Below are positions 8,709-19,744 of a DNA stretch of 44,110 nt, piece after piece. This DNA comes from Fonticula-like sp. SCN 57-25. Its lineage: Eukaryota. A program made the translations under genes and the position numbers. Where the stretch lies: positions 1-44,110 of the forward strand of contig MEDX01000074.1 of assembly GCA_001724245.1 (NCBI GenBank), written 5' to 3'. Position 1 is the stretch's first letter, and each line of letters opens with the position of its first letter. Under the pieces are notes generated by a model that was not told where the DNA came from, did not search any database, and was given only the letters and a program-made list of their open reading frames with translations.

Positions 8709-11700
8709 TCAATTCATCTGGGTGCTGTCCTCGAAAGTAGCGGCCAGGGTCGAAAGCGCCGAAACCAAAGCCGTTCCATGCGACTGAATATCCGAAAGTT
8801 TGCTAGGATCCTTTGAAAAGTGGGCGGCGGCGTCGCACAGCTTGAGCGACTCATTCTTCATAGCTTCGACGTTTGCCCTGAGCTTATGACGCACCACGGG
8901 CTGCGAGAGCTGATTGATGACGTGCTCAACAAACGAGGCAAGCTGCCTCGAGCGCCACATAATCGCGCGCGCATGATCCTCACAATCTGACTTTGCCGAT
9001 GGCAGCTTGACACTCAAAATGAGGCTCTTGAAGACCTCAATGATGGCGGTCTTATGATCAACAAAGTTCTTCAACCATCTCGAATGCATGCTACCCTGCG
9101 GCGTCGACAGTTCCATAGCCTGCGCTATGTGGTCGCTCAAATATATAATAATGTCGTCCACCGTCGTTTCCAGCGTATTGATGGCCGGGGACACAAAGCT
9201 CTGCACCTTGGCTCCGTCCAACACGCCGCTGCTACTCAAGGGCCCCGTCACAAACGACGCGTCCAACAACTTTAGCGCCTTGAACTTTTCCCTGAGGTGG
9301 TGGAATTGCGGCTGTAGATCCGAGCGAACCTTGCCGTGCATGCTTTTGCCAGCCAGCACGTCATTCAGGAAACAGAGCAGCTCCACCACGGCAGCCTGGT
9401 ACGCGCGCGATGTTTCAACGCAGTCGCTCGTGCGCCCCTCGGTCGCCGCGCGCCAGAACTGGGAGAGCGTCTTGTGAATGGATTCCGAGAACTGGGTGAG
9501 CGCGTCCTCGGCTTCATCGGTCGTGCGCAGTTGCCGAAAAACGACAGACGGCTTTAGGTCGAGCACATCAGCCTGCGCCGGCTGCCACGCGGCGGCCTCC
9601 GTTGGCAAGTCGGACCTCCGCAGCCTCACGCTCGACGAGCCACTCAACGGCGCGCTGGCAGGCGCCGGCTGCGCCATGACTCCTACCTTGGCGGGGACCT
9701 TGAGGCCGACCTGCGGCACTGCCGACCGCGGCGTCGTCCCCTTAAGCGTCGGCGCAACGACGCTCGTCGGGGCGGGCACAGCAGGCTTGAAGCTGCCCGA
9801 CTGCTGCAGCGGCGGGGGGGTCGTGGCGGAGGATGGGGTGAGCGGCGGCGTGAGCGGTGGCGTCGCCGGTTTGCTGACAGGCTGCACCGGCGCAGGGGGC
9901 CTCCCAACGGCAATCGGAGCCAAGGGCTTGTGTACCGAAGGGGTCTTGCTGCTCGAAGACGGCGGCACGAGGGGTGGGCTGTCGGCCGGCGAGGCGGGGG
10001 TCGCGCTCACAAGCGAAGTGCGCCGCATGCCGGCATTCAAGGTAGACGCAGGCACCTGAGGGCCGGGGCGGGACGGCGCCGAAGCCGGCTCTTGGAACGC
10101 CGCGAGCCTGTTGAGAACCGAGCCCTTTGAAATGCTGCCGGTGCCAACCTCGCGGCTCGCAGAAGCAGGGGCTGGCATAACGGGCCTGATAGCAGACGGC
10201 GCGACGGCCGCCTGCATGGGCGCCGACTCGGCCGACGGCGTCTTGGGCAGCTTGTCGGCCGACGGCGTCTTGGGCTGTTTGTCGGCCGACGGCTCTTTCG
10301 CTGCTGCAGTAGTCGACGTCACCGAAATCGGTGCATCCAGACCAGCAGCAACCATAGTATCCTTGCTCTTGCTCGACTTTTTCGGCTCCGCATCGGCGTC
10401 AGCCTTGCTCTTGCTCGACTTTTTCGGCTCCGCATTGGCGGGCTCATCATCTGCGCTTTTCTTGCTCTTGCTCGACTTCTTTACTGCATCGGCCTCGCCT
10501 CCTTCGGCAGACTTCTTGGACTTTTTCGTTTCGCCATCTAACGATTTCTTGGCCTTTGGCTGCTTCACGGTGGCCTCGTCGCCGGTCTTTAGCGACTCGG
10601 ACGACGGATCCGGAGTGATATCTCGGCTGGCCGATTTGCTCTTGCTCGATTTCGTTGATTCACCGTCGACTTGCTTATCTTTGCTGGATTTTTTAGCAGG
10701 CACGTCCACCCGCTTCACCCCTGGGGCATCTTCGGCAGCGATCACCTTGAGCGATGAGGCCTTGGACACCGAGCCACCCTCCGCGACGCCCGCATGTTTT
10801 GCCTTGGAAACAAGAATCTTTCGGCTGGGCTGCAATACGTCCGCATCGCCAGCTCGCGATGATGCGCCTCCAGGCAATGGCGGCGGGGCGGCGGGGCGAG
10901 TCGCAGCCTTGGCTGTCGACCTGGATGACTCGGTCATGGCCTCAGTCATCAAAACGAATTCGCTCTCCAAAAGCTCGACAAGCTCATTGAGCGCCTCATC
11001 CAAGTCGTAATTCAGCTGTTTCACTTGAACAGCCGGCTTAGCCGAGGCGTTCAACTTGGTTTGACTGTCCACCGTAACTTTCGACACATAGCGAGCCTCG
11101 TCGCCATACGTCAAGTAGGCAGTGTACTTGTCATTCGCGCTGCTGCTGGCTTTCTTGTCCTTGGGCTGGCCAACAGAATCCAGGCTCGCAATCAGCTGCG
11201 CCACGACGTTTCGCTCCGCTTCACGAGAAGACTTGCTGCTCGACTGGCTCGACTTGCCCGAGACAGCGTTCGAAAAGAAACGCAAAACCGATTTCGACTT
11301 TGACGGCGCGGGAGTAGGGGCGGCGCTCGCTCGCGCCGCGGGCGCGACAAAAAGAGCCGAGTCAGAGGGAGAAATACGCACAGAGCCGCTCCCCGACATC
11401 TTTCTCTCGTGGGACGCAAGGGCAGGGAGCGAGCTATTCGAGAGGGACACATTCGGTTGACTCGCGACCACCCGCCCGTTCATCGTGTTGTACGGACGCG
11501 AATCTGCGAAATCAAAACAATGAGAAAACAAAAAACAAACAAACAAGATGCCTCGTACCAGCCGAAAGGGCTGCCGTGCTTTTCGCGGTCGAGCTCGCCG
11601 CGGCTAGTTTGGCTACGATGGCAGGATCGACGACCGGGCGAGTCAGATGGCGGGGGAACCAGCCGCTGGCTTTGGTGGAAATGAGTACGCCCTGGCACAA

Positions 11701-11826
11701 CGCCTCCGCTCCACTAGCGCCACGCGGGCTCGCATCTTGAATCAACTCAATATAGTCATCCTTGTGAAAGGTGAGGTGTGAAGAGACGCCAATGTTGTAC
11801 GTCTGCAAAGCCTGCACGAACGACAT
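8709..11826 (-). CDS. SH3-domain scaffold protein with Lys/Ser-rich and Pro-rich linkers and C-terminal helical bundles
   Basis: Exon 1 MSFVQALQTY...HLTFHKDDYIEL...GWFPRHLT is an SH3 pattern. An intron at ~11504-11558 joins it in frame to the 8709-11546 ORF. Confidence 0.75.
10225..10660 (-). repeat. Coding repeats: KSSKSK units (x4) and PSADKxPKT 27-nt units
   Basis: TTGCTCTTGCTCGA recurs four times, and TCGGCCGACGGC recurs three times at 27-nt spacing. Confidence 0.7.
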
Positions 11827-12924
11827 GGCCAATCTCACAGTCGCCCCCAAGTAACAAACTCGAATAAAATGAAAAAAATAGAGGCAGACACTAAAACAAA
11901 ACGACGCGCCCCAAGCGCTTGCAGTGCGTCTTCTACTGTCGTCGCCCCTTCGTCACCCCTCCCTGTCCTGCCTTTCAGGTTCGCCGGGAAGTGCAGAGAG
12001 GCAGCAGCCAATCAGCATACTCAAAGCGATAAATCGACCAATCGCTTGGTAGCGCGGGGGCACAAGTCTCTTTCGTCCTCGATCTGCTGGTCTTTTTTTA
12101 ATTCCAGCGCCCGGAGCGACGACTATCGTGATTCGCTCTGTACTGCAGCACTATTGACAAGTTTAAAGCCACCGGTATGATACAGTGCATCTACATAAAA
12201 GTTTAGAAGCTTGATTGTATTCCTTCCCTGCCGCCTCTTGTCGTATGGTTCATAGCCAAATTTTTGCAAGAAGTAGTTTACTTTTGTTGGCGCCGTTTCA
12301 TACTGAGCCTGCTTCACTGTTCGTATCAAAACCGTCATAGTCACTGTATCATATGACAGTCGCATTCATAAAGGCGGTCTACACCCCTTAGAATATTCCT
12401 CATGGATATATGCACCATATCATAGCCATATTAGAATGATCCGAGATGAGATCAGTCGCAAATCAGAGGCCCATTGAACAATGAGGTCATGCTAGTCACG
12501 TTCATACGATTGCTTGTAACAAGCCAATACCCGAAGGTTCCCGAAAAAGATTGAACATTCTCTGTCGTGTTCCCTAATTATTCCGACCGTGCCTATCTAT
12601 GGACACAAGCATCATTTCGCTGTGTGCTAACGATCGTAAAATGGTTGCGTCCAATACCCAAGAGCCAATCAGATCGGAGATAGCTAACTGTCGTCCATTT
12701 TGAGCGGCATCCATCGGTCCGCAGCTGAACGGCGAGAACTGCTGCAAAGGTAGCTCGCGCCACCACCCTAGCGCGCTCCAGGAATCTTCTTTTTGCAAAG
12801 GGACCAATCTGGGAGGGCCGCCACGACGAAAGTCAGAGCTGGGCGTTGTTGTTGTTGAGAGTTGGCACGTTTCTCGTGACTCGCTGGCAAACGTTTTTTG
12901 GCAAGGAGGTCGCCCACCTAGGAG

Positions 12925-13860
12925 GTGTCAATTGCATCCATTTTAAACCCTGTGCCAAGCGATGTCTCAGGCGAGGCACTTACAATCAGGCGACCTATTG
13001 CAAGGGTACCTATCGTTTCAGAGACTCGCCGTCTCCCGCAGCTATCCGTAAGACCCAACCCCGTCGCCGTCAACGGATCGAGCTGCTCGAGCGGTCATGC
13101 AGGGCAGGCCGCTCCCTCCAGTCTTCCGTACTTTCTGTCGGCGCCGCAGTCGTCTAACTCCCTGTTTAATGTCATGTTGCCGACATCGATGTCGGCGTCG
13201 CCAATGAGCGCGCCGAGCGCGTCTTTTTATAGCCCGTATATTGGTTCGCTCCCAATAGTCCATTCATCTCAAGCACCTATTTCGTACCCGCCTATTTCAG
13301 CCGGTCCACCGTTCGTCAACTTTGGCGTGCCCATGGCGTCTAGTATTGCCCCGCCACTCCCAGCGCTATTTTCCAAGGTGCCTGATTCCGCGCCGCAACA
13401 CCACCTTGCTACGTCGGTTGCTGCCTTGCCGTCGTTCGAGCCGCCGGCCAGCAAGAGCGCGGCTCCTCAAGCGGCGGAAGAGGTCGCCGCAAGGAAAGCG
13501 GACGACTTGGATACACTTCCATACGCCGAGCGCCAGCGCTTGGCGCAAAAGTGGTGGGGATCGTGCTGTTCGACAAAGTGGGCCCACTCGTTCTGCCCTT
13601 GGACGGGATGCTACGAGAAATTTAACCCCACAGATGAGCCGGCGTATCATGTCGTGCGTCATTTGCGTTTATCCTATTTGTCATGCCCGTTTTGCAACTA
13701 CAAGCAAGAGCGAAATGTCTCAAAGCACAAGATCGTGTCGCACATTCAGCGGCATCTTGCGCCCATGTTTCGCTGTAGTTGCGGAAGGCGGTACTCGCAA
13801 AAGCAGTCGTATGCCAAGCACGTCCGCCTCATGAAGTGCACCAGTCCGAGTGACTCGTGA
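12925..13860 (+). CDS. Zinc-finger protein with three divergent C2H2/C2HC fingers; start codon uncertain
   Basis: CPWTGC..HVVRH, CPFC..HIQRH and FRCSCGRRYSQKQSYAKHVRLMKC, after a Ser/Pro-rich N-terminus. The ORF opens with GTG and the first in-frame ATG is at 13174. Confidence 0.72.
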   Translation: MSIASILNPVPSDVSGEALTIRRPIARVPIVSETRRLPQLSVRPNPVAVNGSSCSSGHAGQAAPSSLPYFLSAPQSSNSLFNVMLPTSMSASPMSAPSASFYSPYIGSLPIVHSSQAPISYPPISAGPPFVNFGVPMASSIAPPLPALFSKVPDSAPQHHLATSVAALPSFEPPASKSAAPQAAEEVAARKADDLDTLPYAERQRLAQKWWGSCCSTKWAHSFCPWTGCYEKFNPTDEPAYHVVRHLRLSYLSCPFCNYKQERNVSKHKIVSHIQRHLAPMFRCSCGRRYSQKQSYAKHVRLMKCTSPSDS

Positions 13861-14115
13861 TTATTCGTTTTGTTTTAGTTACCTGCATTTATCGCGTGTT
13901 ATAGTTGTTGAGATTGGCATCCGCTTTGGAATTATCATTACCGCATCGTCTCGAACCGCATCGTGTCGTATATATTAGATTATCTTGCTTGGATGGACGG
14001 GTGACCGACCTATATTTTTTGTCTGCGCATTTATGTAAGCAATAGAACTGTAAGGCATCGCTCTACTATTATGCATCGGGCTCATTTCGAGTTAAATTTC
14101 ATTCACAAAAGGTAG

Positions 14116-16195
14116 TTAGCCTGCGGTGGCGGCCTGAGATCTCCGACCCGGCAGCGCCGCGAGTCGCGCGCGCCGCTGCTCCTCCATTTCGTTCGTCTTG
14201 ACCCAGTGCTCCCACTTGAGCTCTGCGTCGCCATGCGCAACGGCCACCAGTCTAGAAATACCGAGCCGATACAAAAAGTCTTCCGGCGTAATTCCAGGCT
14301 TACCTTCTGCGGTGAGGCAGGCTCGGCGCTGCACAAAGTCATCCGAGAGGCGCGCCGACAGTGCCTCGCTCACATGATGCGGCAGAACGCGCGCGATGGC
14401 CAATACAGTGCGCAGCCGCAGCGCTGCATCCTGGACGTGCGGCTGTCCAATGGCGTTCAGCACGAAAGGGCGCGTCATGTGAAGCGGCACTTGGCAGTCG
14501 GTTTGAAGTATCGAGGCACCTTCGGACAGCACGAGAACGGGCAAGTCGGTCGGCATCGCCAGTCGGTGGAACGAGTAGTCGTAATCTTGCATTTGATCCA
14601 GGATGAGCCGCTGAAGCGCTTGAATATTGGGCACTCCATTTCCGCTCATCGTGCCGGGGCGCAGGGCGGTCTCATCGACGACAACGTGGGTGCCCGGGCT
14701 CAGCTGCAACATCCCCGCAGAGAGGCGAAGCTGGGCGGGGTCCTGAAACGGCACAAACTAAAAGGGGAGCCCGGTTAAAAACGAGACCATAGCAGCGCAG
14801 AGCTCGTATACAGCACAAAAACGCCTTTCCCCCACAGCCACATCGGGACAACCCGCGTACCTTTCGCTGGTTGATGACATCAAGCGCAAGCGGCAGCAGC
14901 GTCGCCTTTGGCGTCAAAAAGGTAATTGCGTCAAACAGGTTGCTCACGAATGGGTTCACGTGGCCGCCAGCCTGCTCCGGTGCGTCGTGCGGCGACGGCA
15001 CATGGACGAGGTTGAGGGAGAACTTGCCGAGTGCCATGGTGTCGTTCCGCGAGTGGACGCGCGAGACAAGGTGAAGCAGCAGGTACTCGGCAGCAAGGGT
15101 GTCGCCGCCCAGCAGATCCGCAAAGAGCGCAAGCAGCTGCTGCTTCGCGTCCGCAAAGCTGTTGAGCGTCGACTGAACGAATAGGGCGTCGTCCATGGGG
15201 GCCACCGGGCGCAGAAGCGGGTTATTATTGTTCTCCAGCTTGTGAAAATCAATGACGTGGAGGCGCGGCACAGAGTCGGCCACCGAGCCCAGAACATCCC
15301 AGTCTGCCTGAGCGATCTCCTCGGGCGAGCTGGCGGGGGGGTACTGCGTCTGGCCAAACGAGTAAAAGCCGAAAAACTCGTAAACATCTGTAATGCGAAG
15401 ATCATCCGCCTCGTCTCCATATATTTTTACGAGACACGTGGGTACAGTGGCGTCGCCGAGCGGGTGGAACGGGTTGTGCGCGCTCGACGGGGCAGCGGCA
15501 GCAGGCGCCGGCTTCTCAAAGTCGTCGCCGCGCGCCTTCTTGAGGTTGCCAGAAGAGCTATCCACATCCATAGCGTCGTCCTCAATCGACACGTCCTCCT
15601 CGGCAACTCGCTTCAAATTCGGGTTTGACGCAGCATCAGGCACCGCGGCCGCGCGCGAAGCCATGTGATGCTCACCGTGCGATGAGCGGGCCCATGACGT
15701 CTCGCCAGGGACAGCGATGCAGTACACGGGGAGACGGGAGCGCATTACGCTCGCGTCCCGCATCGCATCAAAGTCAACCGAAGACACAGTGGGCGGCGTC
15801 AGCAGCTCATCGCCAAAGCGACCGATCTGACCATGGGGCGAGTGAGAAATCGTACAAATAGGAAATGACGGCGTACCAAGAGGCCTTGGGGGGACGTAAT
15901 ATGATCGACATAGTACTCGGGATCGAAAGAGTGCTGGAGCATGCACCGAAAGCGGACCAGCGAGCCTCCGCGCAGCGTTTCGGGCGCAGAGTAGTTCAGG
16001 GACGGGATCTACGGCACTGTCAGCGGTTCGGTTGACCCTCGGCTTCGCACGTCGTACGCTGCGCAAGGCGTGCGGCGACGGGAACGCAGCCCTGAAAACA
16101 TTCCTAATGTCTACTTCAACGCCATTAGGCACACACCGCTCAAACTCTGCCCTTAGGATGGCCCGGGGATCGGACAGCCACTGCTCCGCCGCCAT
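14116..16195 (-). CDS. MCMBP: MCM complex-binding protein
   Basis: Spliced IPSLN...LVRFRCMLQHSFDPEYY, YCIAVPGETSW, CLVKIY, VPRLH, LGGDTLAAEYLLLHLVSRV, AGMLQL, VDETALRPG and LAVAHG...WEHW. Three introns. Confidence 0.92.
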
Positions 16196-16247
16196 GACAG
16201 CCTTGGCTGAAAAACGCAAACGCCGCGCAAGAGTACGGAGGCGATCA

Positions 16248-16288
16248 ACCAATCAGCGTCAAGACTATGTCTTCTCGGCCAATCAGCA
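16248..16288 (+). promoter_or_regulatory. Paired CCAATCAGC (NF-Y/CCAAT boxes) in the MCMBP/SLC1 divergent promoter
   Basis: CCAATCAGC occurs twice, 30 nt apart. Similar boxes lie at ~1693, ~12008 and ~12665. Confidence 0.5.
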
Positions 16289-16314
16289 TTGTTTACCCCA
16301 ACCATTGACACACC

Positions 16315-17985
16315 ATGGCGGACGGCGAGGAGACCAGCATCCCCCTGCAGGTTTTCGACGACTCTCGCGCAGGGTTGCTGGCCTCGTCGTCTACTTCAGA
16401 AGGCTTTATGCTAGAAGATGATTTTACGCCAGTCAAGATCCACGGCGACGACGACGACGGCGTCGATGACGACCTTCAAACATGGCACCGTGATCCGATG
16501 CGTCGACGCTGGGAGGCGTTCAAGGCTTTCGTCAAACGGAACCTGCTGCTCATCCTCACAATTGTCTTTGCGTTTGTTGGGTTTCTTGTTGGCGCGCTTG
16601 TTGGTACCATGCCGGGCGGGCCGCCGCGCGTGGCGGTGGAGCTCCTCAAATTGCCCGGCACGCTGTTCCTGCGCATGCTCAAGGCAGTCACGGTGCCCCT
16701 GCTCGTGACGGGCGTCACGGTGAGCGTCGCGTCCCTCAAGGTGCAGGACAATAGCACGGAAGGCGGCGATCCGAAGCGCGCAAAGAAGCTGGGCCTCTGC
16801 ACGATGGCCATGTACGGGGTCACGATCGTTCTCGCTGTTATTCTGGGGCTCGTCCTGGTGCTCGTCATCCAGCCCGGCAAGCTTGCGGACGTCGAGAGCG
16901 GCCCGGACGATCCTTCACAGGTACACGTTGCGCTCGACGATTAATCAATTGGCTGACTCTTTGGCAGCCAACCCAGGATGCGCTGGACGCATTCATCTCG
17001 ATATGCACGAGCATTTTCACCGACAACATTGTCCAGTCCGCCGCCAACGTACGCATCCAGATTCTATGACACCCGAGCTTACTCTTGACCGACCAGACTG
17101 ACATGCTTGGTCTCATTGTTGCGTCCATCTTTCTTGCCCTTGCAGCCGTTTCCATCGGAGATGCAGCGTACGCCACCTCGTTCTCATAGAGTCTCGCTGA
17201 CGGATCCTAGGCGACCCGTGCTCGACTTTATGGAATCGTTCAACGCGCTCATCATGCGCCTGGTGCACTGGATCATGTACCTGACGCCGCTGGGTGTGTT
17301 TTCGCTCCTGGCAGGCCGCCTCGCAGAGGTACGTTTTGGTTTGTCTATCCGATGCACGTCTAACGACAGCTTTCAATAGAGCGGCTCTTCGTTCTGGTCG
17401 ATCCTTTCGAGTCTCGGTCTCTATGTTGTGACCGTGCTTATTGGTCTTTTGCTGCACGGCCTCGTTGTGTTGCCGCTTCTGCTGTTCCTCACGACGCGCC
17501 GCAACCCCTACAAGTACGGTGCGGCCGTCATGCAGGCGCTGGTCACTGCCTTTGCGACTTCCTCGTCCTCCGCCACGCTGCCCGTCACGATAGAGTCTGT
17601 GCAAAAGGCCGGCATGCCGCCCGCGACCACGCGCTTTGTGCTCTCGCTTGGCAGCACGATCAACATGGACGGGACGGCGCTGTACGAAAGCGTGGCTGCC
17701 ATCTTTATCGCGCAGAGCTACGGCATCCCCGTCACGGTTTCGTCTGCCCTAATTATTGCCATCACGTCCGTGCTCGCGTCCGTCGGCGCCGCCGGCATCC
17801 CCGAGGCAGGGCTTGTCACGATGATCCTGGTGCTGCGCGCAGCCGACCTGCCGATTGAGGGAATTGCGCTCATCCTGCCCATCGATTGGCTCCTCGACCG
17901 GTGCCGTACGGTGATCAACGTGTGGGGCGACATTCTCGTGACGTCCATCGTGGACCACAAGTTCCCCGCTCCCCCCGCGCAGTAA
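16315..17985 (+). CDS. SLC1/EAAT-family Na+:dicarboxylic amino acid symporter
   Basis: [43 protein letters not shown] and [16 protein letters not shown]. Four introns. Confidence 0.93.
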
Positions 17986-18137
17986 CAAAGAAGCAAGGCT
18001 TTTTGTGTGTTGAATATCGGTGTATTAATATTGAAATATATACAGCAGTTATCACTTGTATCTGTACATCAAAAGGCATAAAACGATGGGCAATAGTTTG
18101 AAAATAGTATGTGTTTATCCGCTTTCGTATCTTTTCG

Positions 18138-19206
18138 TCACCGCTGCCTTGGCCGCGGGTCCTCCTCGTCGTCCTCGTCCTCCAGCAGCGTAAAGTTGAG
18201 GGCGCGCGCTCGCGCCTTGAACAGCCTGACCGCCTCACGGTACAGCTGCACGTCAAACCCGTCGTGAAAGTAGACCGCACCGACGTCGAGCCTCCCTAGA
18301 GGCTCGCGGGGATTGTACAGGACATCGCTGGTGCTCTCGCGCAGCGCAAAGAGAGCTTCGTCGAGCGCACCCGTTCGAACGCCACCGTACTGGCGGAAAA
18401 ACATGCATACGCTCGAGTCAAAGTACTCTTGAAGGCCAAAGAACGCCATTTTGTGCAAGTTTTCAATGGCGAGCTTCAGGTGGTGCTCGTTGATGTGGTC
18501 GGTGCTGCCGCCAACACCCGCCATCAACTTTGTCTGCAGGTTGCCGACACCGGGTACCGATACGTACTGCCGTATCGACTGCGCGCGCACGAGGCTCTGC
18601 TTCTGCTCGCGCGTCATGAAGGGAAGCGTCTCGTTGTGGTAAAAGCTGCTGCGAATCCGCGACGCGGGCTGCCGCAGCATCGTCACCGACATAGGCCCAG
18701 CAAAGGGGATTAGGTCGTAGCTGCCGGGCAGGTGGCCGCGGCAGTCAGGGTCGTCTCTACACGGGAACACATCACGCATGAGCAAGCGTGCACCACAGTC
18801 AAGAAATAGTTAATGGGATCGGGGAGATGACGCACGATGACGGTCGGTCGGGGTCATCGCAGGCGAAAAAAGTGCGTAGTGCCACGGAAAACGACGTGGA
18901 CGCCGCCTGCGGAATCCTCACAAACTGAAGCCGCTCTATGCGGGGGTCCGGCGCCATTCGTAAACATGTACCGCACTGCTCGACATACACCTCGCCCTAT
19001 GAACCCAGCGCGCGCGTTATTCTCCCAAACTCAGGAACCAAAGGCCGCTCGGCCGGCAGGGCGCGGGCGCGCACCTCGGGGCAGGCGGCGGCGCGGGCGA
19101 CGAGAATCTCCACACCGACCTGCTGGCCAAAGAACACGCCAATGGTGCATGTTAATACAACGACTAGCGCTTTGGCGATCACTACGCCGCATCGCCGGCC
19201 GCCCAT
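18138..19206 (-). CDS. Type II membrane carbohydrate sulfotransferase, heparan-sulfate 6-O-sulfotransferase-like
   Basis: N-terminal TM segment, then FVRIPQAASTSF (5'-PAPS loop position), TMLRQPASRIRSSFYH (3'-PAPS motif), NLQTKLMAG and AIENLHKMAFFGLQEYF. Two introns. Alternative in-frame ATG at 19239. Confidence 0.75.
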
Positions 19207-19744
19207 CTTGATCTGCTTTTCAGCGTCGGTACTGGACATATGCGCCGAGACTCCTGGACAGGCGAAAAGGTGTCGCAAGGGCAACTATGCCTTCAAACGG
19301 AAAATAGCATGACTCGGCTAGCGTCAAAAAGGCGGACATCAACCCCTCGTCCGAAGCGTGCAACGCCTCCTGAATGACTCTTTGCCTCGGAGAATGGAAC
19401 CGGCAACCCATGTCGTCACCAACTCAACTTTTCCCTCCCTTTTCTGCATTCCCTCGCACGGCGACAGCCAGCCAGTTAACCCGCGCCTTACAACAACAAG
19501 CCATCTCGCTTTACCATTCCTGGAATTACAGGGGGCCTATCTCTGCTCGGTCAACGCGATGCCGCGCTCGGCGCCGCGGCCTTGGCTCGACGTGGTCCCG
19601 CCAACTTTCCCGCCAAAAAAGCTCATCGGAATCCACGTGGCCAGGTCACGCGATCGGAGAATCGCACCATTCACGCGTCCCGACGCAATTGGCCTTTGGA
19701 CGCAGTCTGACTTGGCGCGCGCCCGTGCTGGACTCTAGATCGCC

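Noticed and set aside
9478..11460. Long antisense or alternate-frame ORFs here and over POR, APC1, WD40 and other genes
   Set aside because: Expected shadows of GC-rich coding sequence, with no recognisable motifs.
12171..12184. 14-nt exact match ACCGGTATGATACA shared with 32646-32659
   Set aside because: Several 14-mer matches are expected by chance in 44 kb, and the flanks do not align.
12181..12348. Tc1/mariner MITE (TA-CAGTG...CACTG-TA)
   Set aside because: The inverted match extends outward rather than inward, so no real terminal inverted repeat is supported.
12919..12927. Shine-Dalgarno-like AGGAG directly before a GTG start
   Set aside because: The spacing is wrong, and the gene is a eukaryotic zinc-finger protein among intron-containing genes.
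14672..16252. 526-aa ORF as an unspliced MCMBP
   Set aside because: The conserved LVRFRCMLQ exon is in another frame. Two introns with compensating lengths leave the ORF open by coincidence.
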